A stretch of DNA of 64,000 bases, taken from Planctomycetota bacterium (GTDB lineage: Bacteria > Planctomycetota > UBA1135 > UBA2386). Location: contig OZ245006.1 of assembly GCA_965223545.1 (NCBI GenBank), positions 4,128,001 through 4,192,000 on the forward strand, read 5' to 3'. Each line of letters opens with the position of its first letter. Within the stretch, counting starts at the first letter, position 1. Of the stretch, positions 1-8,635 are shown one piece after another. Both the position numbers and the translations under genes were made by a program. The notes under the pieces were generated by a model, which ran no database searches, was not told the DNA's origin, and worked only from the letters and a program-made list of their open reading frames with translations.

Positions 1-1
1 G

Positions 2-673
2 GCCGGCAATCGGCCCCGTCGGCTCGCTGAACGCCGTGCGTTGCCTCATCTGTTCGCGGCAGAACTTCTCGACTTCCGGCGCTAGTGGAATCTCGAGCCA
101 CTCGAAAATCGCGCGCGCTTGCCCGAGGTCGTCGCCGACCAGGTCCTCGTGCCGCAGTTCGAGATACTGCCGGTTCCCGACCGCTGTCCCGAAGTCGGCA
201 GCCGTCTGTACGTGTCCGACCGCGATCGAATGCGCTTGCTCGGGCGTCGCCCACGGCCGCCCGCCCGCGTCGTGGCGTTTCTGCAGCAACGACGCCACAA
301 CCGCCCTCGGGTCGCGCACGATGTGGATATAGCGAGACGCCGGAAAGAACTCGTGGATTCGTGTCAGCGTCTCCGGATGCGCCGCGTAGCGCGGGTTCTT
401 GTCGCCCCAGTAGCAGGCTTCGGAGTCCAGTGATCGATAGAACTTGCGGATTTGGTCGGGGAGTTCGCGACGCAGGAACGCGACGAACTCGGCGCGGTGC
501 TGTGACACGACACTGTCGTCGGACGCGAGATCGAAGGAACGCCGCATCCAGTTCAGGATCCTGGATTCACGCGTCAGAACGATCCGGGGGTGGGCGTTGA
601 CGAGCGCGCGGAGATAGGTCGTGCCGGAACGCGGCGCGCCGAGAATCAAGATGGGGTCTGGGCTCGAGAACAT
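2..673 (-). CDS. Sulfotransferase family protein (3' end runs off the window)
   Basis: Not in the ORF track; translated by hand from ATG 673: MFSSPDPILILGAPRSGTTYL...WGDKNP...IHIVRDPRAVVASLL. These are the 5'-PSB and 3'-PB PAPS-binding motifs. GGAG-type RBS upstream. Confidence 0.85.
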   Translation of the reverse strand, partial: MFSSPDPILILGAPRSGTTYLRALVNAHPRIVLTRESRILNWMRRSFDLASDDSVVSQHRAEFVAFLRRELPDQIRKFYRSLDSEACYWGDKNPRYAAHPETLTRIHEFFPASRYIHIVRDPRAVVASLLQKRHDAGGRPWATPEQAHSIAVGHVQTAADFGTAVGNRQYLELRHEDLVGDDLGQARAIFEWLEIPLAPEVEKFCREQMRQRTAFSEPTGPIAG

Positions 674-925
674 CTCCACCTTCGGCTGTCGGGTGCGACC
701 GATCCGTGCCCGTGCCCGGCATGGGCCTGGTGCAGACAGCGAACCAGCACCTCGACGATATCCGCTCGCCGTTGGTGGCGACCTCCCGGTCACGCTGACG
801 CTCGCTCTCGCGGTAAGCTGGCGGGCGGACCGGGACCTGGACCGGATCCCGTCCAGCTGCTGACCAGGCGAGCGATCGGCGCGAAGGCTGGCTGCAATGC
901 CCCGCTCGGCAGTGCCTACGGCTCC

Positions 926-1573
926 ATGGCGATCGACATCCTCTACCACGACGAGCACCTGCTGGTGGCCGACAAGCCGACCGCCGTCCTCGTCGTGCCG
1001 GCGCCGGGGCGGCGTGGCGAGACCGTGCTGGCGCGGCTGGGCAAACAAGTGGGCGCTCGACTGCACGCCGTGCATCGTCTCGACGAGGACACCACGGGTG
1101 TGCTCGTCGTGGCGCGGACGACCGCCGCGAAGGCGGCACTCGAGCCCTTGTTCCGCCGCCATCAGGTCGAGCGGATCTATCTCGCGCTGGTGCGGCGCGC
1201 GCCGCAGCCGCCGGCGGGCCGGATCGAGTCGCGGTTGCGCGAGGATGCGCGCGGCGTGGTGCGCTCGGTGGCGCGTGGGGGTGAGCGGGCGGTCACCCAC
1301 TACGAGACGTTGGCCAAGAGGCTGGGCGCGGCGCTGGTGCGCTGCCGGCTGGAGACCGGGCGGCGCAATCAGATCCGCGCCCATCTGGCAGAGCTGGGCA
1401 GTCCTATCTTGGGAGACCGCAAGTACGGCGATCGGGGAGCGGCCTCGCGGCCGCTGCTGCACGCGCAGCGGATCGAGTTCCGCCACCCGCTGGCCGAGCG
1501 CCAGGTGTGCGTCGAGGCCGCACCGCCGGCGGCGTTCCGCGAGGCAGCGCAGGGCCTCCTCGAAGCGCCGTAG
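926..1573 (+). CDS. RluA-family RNA pseudouridine synthase
   Basis: ILYHDEHLLVADKP, catalytic HRLDEDTTG, LETGRRNQIRAHL, ILGDRKYG. Confidence 0.92.
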   Translation: MAIDILYHDEHLLVADKPTAVLVVPAPGRRGETVLARLGKQVGARLHAVHRLDEDTTGVLVVARTTAAKAALEPLFRRHQVERIYLALVRRAPQPPAGRIESRLREDARGVVRSVARGGERAVTHYETLAKRLGAALVRCRLETGRRNQIRAHLAELGSPILGDRKYGDRGAASRPLLHAQRIEFRHPLAERQVCVEAAPPAAFREAAQGLLEAP

Positions 1574-1629
1574 AGCAGGGTTCACGGCGGTTTCCGGGGC
1601 GTGCTGTCAGTATCCTTTCGCGGTCCCCG

Positions 1630-2799
1630 TTGCCCCACGCCGTCGTCAGCTCCCTCCCGACGCTGCCCAAAGCGGCGGCGTCCGAAGCCGCCCAACCAGT
1701 GCTGGCGCGCCTGTCGTACGTGCTGGCGTGGGGCTTCTTGCTGTTCGCGCTCCTCTTGTTCTGCAGCGGCGGCTGGCAGGCCTTCGCCACCGATCCAGCG
1801 CCGCGCCACGCGATCGTCGCCGGCGTGCTGTTCTTGCTGGCGGGTGAGCTGGCGCGGCGGCACCACACGGGTCTGGCGGCGGCTTGTATCGGCGCCGGGC
1901 TGGCCTCGGCAGTGCTCGGCTTCGCGGTGCGGCCCGTGCCACTTGGCGTCAGCTTGGTCGCCTGCGGTGCCGGCGCGATCTTGGCGCGCGGTGCCTGGGG
2001 TGAGCGCGAGCTGCGGCGGCGGCTGAACGCCACCGAGGAGTCGGCAGCCGAGCTGCGCGGCCTCCTCGAGCACGCATTGCGCGTGGGCACGGCGGGCGAC
2101 TTGGCGGCGCTGGTCGCCCACCAAGTGCGCAATCAGCTGCAGCTGATCGACGGCGAAGCGGTGCTCGCCCAGCTGGATGGTGCCGAGGGGCTGGCGCCGC
2201 GGTTGCGCTGCATCCGCGAGGCGACGGCGAAGTCGGCCGACCTGATGACGCAGTTGCTGACGCTCGCGCACCCCGGCCGCGGCGAGGTCCGCCACGTCGA
2301 TCTGTCCGGGCAGGTGGTGGAGCTGGCCGAGCGCTTGCGTGGGTTGTTGCCACAATCGATCGGCCTGGCCGTCGAGCCGGCGATCGAACGGGTGACCGTC
2401 GCCCTCGACCCGCGCGATCTCGAGCACGCGGTCCTCAACCTCGTCATCAATGCCAAGCACGCGATGCCGGACGGCGGCGAGCTGGTGCTGACCGTCCGGG
2501 TCGGCGAGGAGCACGTGGCGCTCACCGTGCGGGACACCGGGTGCGGGATCCCGCCGGCGATGCTGGAGCACGTGTGCAAGCCCTACGTGACGACCAAGCC
2601 GCGCGGGGAGGGCACCGGTTTGGGGCTCGCCGCGGTGCGTCGCTTCGTCGAGGAGGCCGGCGGAACCCTGCGGGTGCAGAGTGCGCTCGGCGAGGGGAGC
2701 GCGTTCGAGATGCGGTTTCCGATCGCGCGCGCGGACGGTGAGCGCGATGCCGGCGCGGCGGTGCGCGGTCGCACCGCGCGGCAGCCGACCGGCACGTAG
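1630..2799 (+). CDS. Membrane sensor histidine kinase (start uncertain)
   Basis: N-terminal TM helices; H-box VAHQVRNQL, N-box NLVINAKHAM, DTGCGI, TTKPRGEGTGLGL. Confidence 0.85.
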   Translation: MPHAVVSSLPTLPKAAASEAAQPVLARLSYVLAWGFLLFALLLFCSGGWQAFATDPAPRHAIVAGVLFLLAGELARRHHTGLAAACIGAGLASAVLGFAVRPVPLGVSLVACGAGAILARGAWGERELRRRLNATEESAAELRGLLEHALRVGTAGDLAALVAHQVRNQLQLIDGEAVLAQLDGAEGLAPRLRCIREATAKSADLMTQLLTLAHPGRGEVRHVDLSGQVVELAERLRGLLPQSIGLAVEPAIERVTVALDPRDLEHAVLNLVINAKHAMPDGGELVLTVRVGEEHVALTVRDTGCGIPPAMLEHVCKPYVTTKPRGEGTGLGLAAVRRFVEEAGGTLRVQSALGEGSAFEMRFPIARADGERDAGAAVRGRTARQPTGT

Positions 2800-2804
2800 C
2801 CGCC

Positions 2805-3131
2805 CTACGGCGACGCCAGCGACACCGCGCGGCCGAGCCGCTCCGACAGCACGCCCGCCAGCACCTGCTCGAGCGGACCGCGCCCCTTGGTGTCGACCCA
2901 CCGTTCGCCGTCGTGCTCGAAGTGCCACGCGGTGGCGCCGGCGGCCAACCAGATCTGATGCGCCGCGGTCTGCCGGTTCATGATGCACTTGCCGCCGTCG
3001 GCGAACTCCATCGTCAGCACGCCCATGGCGAGGTCGACGTCCACCTCGTCGGGATCAAATTGTTCGAGCTGCGTGAGCACGGACTCCATGAAGCGGTCCG
3101 CGTCGCGCTGGAATTCGAGGTCGGTGCGCAT
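2805..3131 (-). CDS. cyaY: Frataxin-like iron donor CyaY
   Basis: GVLTMEF...IMNRQTAAHQIWLA...WHF frataxin signature with acidic N-terminal helix. Confidence 0.88.
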   Translation of the reverse strand: MRTDLEFQRDADRFMESVLTQLEQFDPDEVDVDLAMGVLTMEFADGGKCIMNRQTAAHQIWLAAGATAWHFEHDGERWVDTKGRGPLEQVLAGVLSERLGRAVSLASP

Positions 3132-3146
3132 CGATAGGCCGGCCAC

Positions 3147-3187
3147 AAAAAAAGAGTGGCCGAAGATCGCGAGGATCTTCGGCCACT
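3147..3187 (-). terminator. Intrinsic terminator
   Basis: Perfect 14-bp stem AGTGGCCGAAGATC/GATCTTCGGCCACT (3155-3168/3174-3187), 5-nt loop, T7 tract on the minus strand (A run 3147-3153). Confidence 0.88.
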
Positions 3188-3192
3188 ACTTA

Positions 3193-3305
3193 GTTCCCGG
3201 CCAGTATTGCCCTCTCGAATTCACCGTGGGCCTCCCTGCCGGGGTCCGCGGTGAACGCGGCCGGGAACGCTCGTCCCATGCACCCATGTAGACGTTCGAG
3301 AGAGC
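3193..3305 (-). ncRNA. Candidate structured RNA (family not recognised) upstream of the terminator and cyaY
   Basis: Several complementary segments: 3295-3305/3209-3219 (11 bp with one G-U on the minus strand), 3220-3226/3249-3255, and 3193-3202/3259-3268 (10 bp perfect). Confidence 0.45.
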
Positions 3306-3345
3306 GTTTCTTTCCCGATTGAGTTCAGGTTTTTTGCAGATCGGG

Positions 3346-4368
3346 CTAAAGGCCCGTTTTGGTGACGGCTCGCTGCAGCCACTCGTCGAGCAGATCGGCG
3401 ACCGTGACGCCGTCGGCGTCGGCCTCGAAGGACAGCACGACACGGTGGCGAAGTGCTGCCAGCATGGGGGCTTGCAAGTCCTCGAGCGAGACGCTGGCGC
3501 GCTGGTCGAGGAGGGCGCGCACCTTGGCGGCCAAAATGATCGCCTGGCCGGCCCGGGGACTTGCTCCATAGCGGACCAGCCGTTTGGTGCGCGCGTCCGC
3601 GGGGGCCCGCTCGGGGTCGGTGGCCGCCAGCAGCTCGGCGACCAGCCGCACCAACGGCTCGGCGCACAACACCTGGCGCGCGAGGGCGCGCAGCTCGAGC
3701 AGCTCGTCGCCGGCGAGCACCCGGCGCAGCACCGGTGGTTCGTCGCTGGTGGTGTCGTCGAGGATCCTGACCACGTCGTCCAGGGCGGGAGTGCGCACCA
3801 CCAGCTTGAACATGAATCGGTCGAGCTGGGCCTCGGGTAGCGGAAACGTGCCCTCGAGCTCGATCGGGTTCTGCGTGGCGATCACCACGAACGGCGACGG
3901 CAGCGCGTGGGTCGCGGTGCCGACCGTCACCGCGTGCTCCTGCATGGCCTGCAGCAGCGCGGACTGCGTCTTCGGCGTGGCCCGGTTGATCTCGTCGGCG
4001 AGCACCAAGTTGGCGAACAGTGGTCCCGGCTGGAAGCGGAACTGGCGGCCGTGCTCGGCCTCCTCCAGGATCATCGTGCCGGTGACGTCGGCGGGCATCA
4101 GGTCGGGGGTGAACTGCACCCGCGAGTACTCGAGTCCGAGACAGCTGGCCAACGAGCGCGCCAGCAGGGTCTTGCCCAGACCTGGCAGCCCCTCCAGCAA
4201 GACGTGGCCGCCGGCGACCAGCGCGATCAGCAAGTCGTCGATCAGCGCATCCTGGCCGTGGACCACGCGCTGGATCTCGGCGCGCAGCACGCGCACGCGG
4301 TCGGTGAGCGCCGCGACGCGGTCGCGCAGCGCGGCGCCGGGGTCGGTGGCGGATCGAGAGTCGGCCAT
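3346..4368 (-). CDS. MoxR-family AAA+ ATPase
   Basis: GHVLLEGLPGLGKT, RVQFTPDLMPADVTG, LADEINRATPKTQSALL, ATQNPIELEGTFPLPEAQLDRF. Confidence 0.95.
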   Translation of the reverse strand: MADSRSATDPGAALRDRVAALTDRVRVLRAEIQRVVHGQDALIDDLLIALVAGGHVLLEGLPGLGKTLLARSLASCLGLEYSRVQFTPDLMPADVTGTMILEEAEHGRQFRFQPGPLFANLVLADEINRATPKTQSALLQAMQEHAVTVGTATHALPSPFVVIATQNPIELEGTFPLPEAQLDRFMFKLVVRTPALDDVVRILDDTTSDEPPVLRRVLAGDELLELRALARQVLCAEPLVRLVAELLAATDPERAPADARTKRLVRYGASPRAGQAIILAAKVRALLDQRASVSLEDLQAPMLAALRHRVVLSFEADADGVTVADLLDEWLQRAVTKTGL

Positions 4369-4419
4369 GCGCGCGATTGTAGGTGCGCGGCCGCGCAGGG
4401 CGTTGGTTAGACTCCGTTC

Positions 4420-5568
4420 GTGCCGTCGTCGAAGTGGCTTGCAGTGATGGTGTTGGCGATGACGCTCGCCGGTTGCGGCGGCATTTCGCCGCGACCCGCC
4501 GTGCTGGCGGCCCGCGAGCCCACCGCCGTGACCCTGGACGAGGACCAGCAGCGCCGACTGGCGGCGCACGTGCAGCAGGCCCTGACCCACGTCGGCGCCG
4601 AGGAGTGGCAGCTGGCTCGGCGCGCCGCGCGCGCGGCGCTCGCCCTCGACCCGCGTTGTGCCCGGGCGCACGCCGTGCTCGGTCGCTGCCGGATGGCGGC
4701 GGCGATGGCGATCGACCCGCCCGACCTGCCGACCTGGCGGCAGGCCGAGGGCGACCTCGCGCTGGCCGCGCGCCTCGCGCCGACCGATGCCGAGATCGCG
4801 CTGTTGCACGCCGACCTGCTCACCGCCGACGGCCACTGGAGCGCGGCGCGCACCGCGCTCACCGGTGCCCTCGCCGCGCAGCCCGATCATCTCGAGCTGC
4901 TGCGCAGGGCCGGCCGGTTGAGCTACGAGCTCGGCGACGAGCGGGGCGCGGTGCCGCTGCTCGAGCGGTTGGTCGACCGGCAGCCGGCGGCGGAAGAGCG
5001 CTTCATGCTGGCGCGGTGTCGGTTGCAGATCGCCGAGACCGCGGTGCGCGAGGGCGTCGCCGCCGGCGAGCGCGACCCGCTGGTGCGCGCCGCGATCGCC
5101 GAGTTCGCGCGCTATCGCGACGCCGTGCCGCAGGATGCCGAGGGTCACGCCGGCGAGGCCTTCGCCCGGCTGCTCGCGCTGCGCGCCGGCGGCGGCGGCG
5201 GCCCGGCGGCCGAAGCGGCCGAGGCGGCCGCGCTCGACGCGATCGACGCCCTGCTGGCGACCGCGTCGCGGCTGGACCCCGGCGCCCCACAGCACTGGTT
5301 CAACCGCGGCGTGGTCGCCGAGATGCGCGGCGACCCCGACACCGCGCGCAGCCGGTTCAGTCGCGCTCTCGAGAGCAACCCGCGCTACCTGCCGGCGCTC
5401 CTCAACCTGGCGGCCAGCCTCGCCGCCGACGGCCGCGGCGACGAAGCGGTCGCCTACGTCCGCCGCGCGCTGGACCTGCAGCCCACCGATGACGAGCGCC
5501 GGCGGCTGCTCGAGTTTCTCGACCGCCAAGAGGGCGACTCCACCGACTCAGCGGGGCTACGGCCGTAA
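4420..5568 (+). CDS. TPR-repeat lipoprotein
   Basis: Signal peptide with lipobox LAGC; TPR-like helices (ALALDPRCARAH, WFNRGVV, ALLNLA). Confidence 0.75.
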   Translation: MPSSKWLAVMVLAMTLAGCGGISPRPAVLAAREPTAVTLDEDQQRRLAAHVQQALTHVGAEEWQLARRAARAALALDPRCARAHAVLGRCRMAAAMAIDPPDLPTWRQAEGDLALAARLAPTDAEIALLHADLLTADGHWSAARTALTGALAAQPDHLELLRRAGRLSYELGDERGAVPLLERLVDRQPAAEERFMLARCRLQIAETAVREGVAAGERDPLVRAAIAEFARYRDAVPQDAEGHAGEAFARLLALRAGGGGGPAAEAAEAAALDAIDALLATASRLDPGAPQHWFNRGVVAEMRGDPDTARSRFSRALESNPRYLPALLNLAASLAADGRGDEAVAYVRRALDLQPTDDERRRLLEFLDRQEGDSTDSAGLRP

Positions 5569-5718
5569 CCAAACTCGGATGCCGCTCTTGCCGGAGCGGT
5601 ATCGAAGTCCTGACGACGACCGGCCTTCGGAAAGGTTGTCGCCGCGCGAAGATTCTCGGCCCCGGACGCTCAGCGCGCTAGGGTTTCTGCCCCGCCCAAC
5701 GACTCCTTCGAGGCACTC

Positions 5719-6492
5719 ATGGCACTACTGGAAGGCAAGATCGCCGTCGTGTTCGGCGTCGCCAACAAGCGTTCGATCGCCTGGGGCATCACCAAGGCGC
5801 TCGCCGATCACGGGGCCAAACTGGCGCTCAACTACCAGAACGACCGTATGCGGCCGGCGGTGGAGAAGCTGGCCGAAGAGCTGGATCAGGAGCCCTACCT
5901 GGCGGAGTGCGACGTCACCGATGGCCGGCAGATCGAGACGTTCTTCGGGGGGGTCGGTGCCGAGCTGGGGGGTGTGGACGCGCTGGTGCACTGCATCGCG
6001 TTCGCCAAGCGCGAGGAGCTCGGCGGCCACTTCGTCGAAACCAGCCTCGACGGCTATCAGCTGGCGCAACACGTGTCGGCCTACTCCCTGGTCGAGCTCG
6101 CCCGTCACGCGGCGCCACTGATGGACGGCCGTGACGGCGCGGTGGTGTCGCTGTCGTACTACGGCGCCGAAAAGGTGGTGCCCAACTACAACGTCATGGG
6201 CGTGGCCAAGGCGGCGCTCGAGGCGTCGACGCGCTACCTGGCCGCCGACCTCGGGCCGCGCGGCATCCGCGTCAACGCCATCTCCGCGGGCCCGATCAAG
6301 ACCCTGTCGGCGATGGGCGTGAGTGACTTCGGCTCGCTGCTCGAGAGCATCGCGCAGAAGTCGCCGCTGCGGCGCAACGTCTCGCAGGACGACGTCGGTC
6401 AGACCGCGGTGTTCTTGCTGTCGGACATGGCCCGGGGCATCACCGGCCAGACGGTCTACGTCGACGCCGGCTACTCGATCATGGGCGCCTGA
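5719..6492 (+). CDS. fabI: Enoyl-ACP reductase
   Basis: GVANKRSIAWGI, YNVMGVAKAALE, VNAISAGPIKTL. Confidence 0.96.
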   Translation: MALLEGKIAVVFGVANKRSIAWGITKALADHGAKLALNYQNDRMRPAVEKLAEELDQEPYLAECDVTDGRQIETFFGGVGAELGGVDALVHCIAFAKREELGGHFVETSLDGYQLAQHVSAYSLVELARHAAPLMDGRDGAVVSLSYYGAEKVVPNYNVMGVAKAALEASTRYLAADLGPRGIRVNAISAGPIKTLSAMGVSDFGSLLESIAQKSPLRRNVSQDDVGQTAVFLLSDMARGITGQTVYVDAGYSIMGA

Positions 6493-6517
6493 GGTCGGTC
6501 CTCCGCGCGGAGCCGGC

Positions 6518-7588
6518 TCAGCCGCGCGCGGCCAAGAACAACGCGGCCTTGGCGAATACCTTGCGCGCCGCGGTGGTCCATGGCACCAGCGCATCGTCCG
6601 GTCTGGCGGCCGTCAAGTTGGGACCGGGGCGGATCGGGTGCTGGGCCTGGTGCACGATCAAGCGGATACGGTGGTGGGTGATGGAGTGCCGCACCGTGGT
6701 GACCACCGGCCCCACTCGGGTCGAGATGCCGAACCGCGCGCGCAGCGCGGACTCGAGGTCTCCTGGGTTCGGCGCCGGCACCAACAGACCGGCGCCGGGG
6801 AGTTCGAGCTGGCCTTGGTTGACCTCGCCCTCGGCGATGCGCGTGCCGAGCACCCGGCCGCGCGACACCGGCACCAGCAGGGCGCGGGCGACGACCTCGA
6901 CCATGGCGCGGCGGCGGGGCACCGCCGGCAGCTGGTCGACGATCCCGCGGGCCCGCGCCACGCAATCCACCGCCAGGGGGCAGTCGTCGCAGCGCGGCGT
7001 CTTGGGAGTGCACACCGTCGCGCCGAGTTCCATCAGGGCCTGGTTGAAGTCGCCAGGCCGTCGCTGGTCGAGCCAGTCGGCGGCGGTGGCGCGGATCTCG
7101 CCGGCCGCCGGTTGCCGCTTCGGTGGATCCTCGATGGCGCGGTGTCGGGCGAGCACGCGCTCGACGTTGCCGTCGACCGCTGGCACAGCGAGGCCGAACG
7201 CGATCGAGCCGATGGCGCCCGCGGTGTACTCACCGACGCCGGGCAGGCTGCGCAGCCCGTCGACCGACGCCGGCACCTCGCCGCCGTGCTCCGCGATCAG
7301 CCGCTGGGCGGCCGCCCGCAGCAGGCGCGCGCGGTTGTAGTAGCCCAGGCCGCGCCATGCCGCGAGCAGGGTGTCGTCGCTGGCTTCGGCCAGGGCTGCC
7401 GGTGTCGGAAACTTCTGCAAGAACGCGGGATACAACCGCGCAACAACCTCGACCCGGGTCTGCTGCAGCATGATCTCGCTGACCCAGATGGCCCACGGGT
7501 CGCGCTGCTCGCGCCACGGCAGTGCCCGGTGGTGCGCGTCGTACCAGGCCAGCAGCCGCCGGGTCGGACTCGTGCGCACGGTTCCCAC
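6518..7588 (-). CDS. mutY: A/G-specific adenine glycosylase
   Basis: LPWR...VSEIMLQQT, WRGLGYY, HhH LPGVGEYTA, VDGNVERV, Fe-S CTPKTPRCDDCPLAVDC. Confidence 0.93.
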   Translation of the reverse strand: MGTVRTSPTRRLLAWYDAHHRALPWREQRDPWAIWVSEIMLQQTRVEVVARLYPAFLQKFPTPAALAEASDDTLLAAWRGLGYYNRARLLRAAAQRLIAEHGGEVPASVDGLRSLPGVGEYTAGAIGSIAFGLAVPAVDGNVERVLARHRAIEDPPKRQPAAGEIRATAADWLDQRRPGDFNQALMELGATVCTPKTPRCDDCPLAVDCVARARGIVDQLPAVPRRRAMVEVVARALLVPVSRGRVLGTRIAEGEVNQGQLELPGAGLLVPAPNPGDLESALRARFGISTRVGPVVTTVRHSITHHRIRLIVHQAQHPIRPGPNLTAARPDDALVPWTTAARKVFAKAALFLAARG

Positions 7589-7675
7589 CCGCTTGATTAT
7601 GGCGACGTTACCCCAGCAGAATCCAGGACTTGCGCAAATCGGTTGCGTTCCCCCGGCGGCGGCCGCGCAGCGCGA

Positions 7676-8512
7676 CTACCGCGCACCTTCGCCAGTGTCA
7701 GCGCCGGCGCTCGAATCGCGCTCGAGCCCCAGGCGGGCGCGGAGGTCGGCCTCGGCGCGCTCCAGCTTCTGCTCGAGCTCGGCGCCGTCGTGGTGTTCGC
7801 CGTAGAGCGTGATCCGGATCCCGTCACCACCGTCCGGCCCCGACAGCCGGGCGCGGCTGTGGGTGCCCGGGTAGCGGCGCGAGAGATCGGCCAGGACCCG
7901 ACTGAGCGCCGACTCGTCCCGGCCGGGGTATTCGATCCGGCGCACCAGCTTGTGCACGCCACGGCTGGCGGTGGAGATTTCGGGCAGCACGTACAGATCG
8001 AACATGCGCTGCATCTCCTGCGGTACCCCGGGCAGCATGAACAGACGAGTGGGGCCGACCTCGAGCGAGACCGCGGGGCCGGCGCCGATCGGGTTCTCGA
8101 GCGCGGTGGCGCCTTCGGGCAGCATCGCCATCTTGAGCCGGTCCTCGTTGAGGTCGGGGTTGCGGACGATGCCCTTCGCGTAGAGGCGCCGGTAGGCGGT
8201 CGCCAGCATGCCGGCGGCGGCCTCGTCGCGCGCCAGCGGCAGGCCGCATGCCTCGGCGACGCTCTCGCGGGTGTTGTCGTCGTGCCCCGGGCCCATGCCC
8301 CCGGTGGTCAGCAGGTAGCGCGGCTGCTGCGCGATCGCCGCGCGGAAGGCCGGCACCATGGCCTCGGCGTGGTCGTCCAGCACCTGGATGCCGAGCACGC
8401 GGCAGCCCGCGTCGGTCAGCTTGCCCGCCATGAAGTTCGCGTTGCGGTCGAGGACGAGACCCTCGAGAAGCTCGCGGCCGACGCAGAAGATGGTGGCGGT
8501 GTGATCGTGCAA
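7676..8512 (-). CDS. CinA N-terminal / MoCF-biosynthesis-like (COG1058) protein; start uncertain
   Basis: VGRELLEGLVLDRN, TTGGMGPGHDDNT, LENPIGAGP, LPGVPQEM. Confidence 0.85.
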   Translation of the reverse strand: MHDHTATIFCVGRELLEGLVLDRNANFMAGKLTDAGCRVLGIQVLDDHAEAMVPAFRAAIAQQPRYLLTTGGMGPGHDDNTRESVAEACGLPLARDEAAAGMLATAYRRLYAKGIVRNPDLNEDRLKMAMLPEGATALENPIGAGPAVSLEVGPTRLFMLPGVPQEMQRMFDLYVLPEISTASRGVHKLVRRIEYPGRDESALSRVLADLSRRYPGTHSRARLSGPDGGDGIRITLYGEHHDGAELEQKLERAEADLRARLGLERDSSAGADTGEGAR

Positions 8513-8635
8513 GCGGACGGTCCAGAGGGGCGGAATCGCCCCGCGAAGATACCGCAACGCGCGCGTTGATAGCCACATTCGGGCGCGCGAAGATAGGAGC
8601 AGACAACCCGGCTCCGGCCCGCGGCAGCACAGCCC

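Noticed and set aside
3186..3345. 6S RNA, SRP RNA or c-di-GMP riboswitch for the moxR-cyaY intergenic region; also a 33-codon peptide MGAWDER...
   Set aside because: Lacks the SRP GGAA-loop motif, the GEMM GGCAAA/GCAAA elements and a clear 6S long-rod pairing. The peptide has no RBS and no coding features.
3346..5529. ORF-track long versions of moxR, murJ, the desaturase, the histidine kinase, lptB and the 26357 ORF as fusion proteins
   Set aside because: The extensions are read-through into neighbouring genes' shadow frames; starts were reassigned to positions matching family N-termini.
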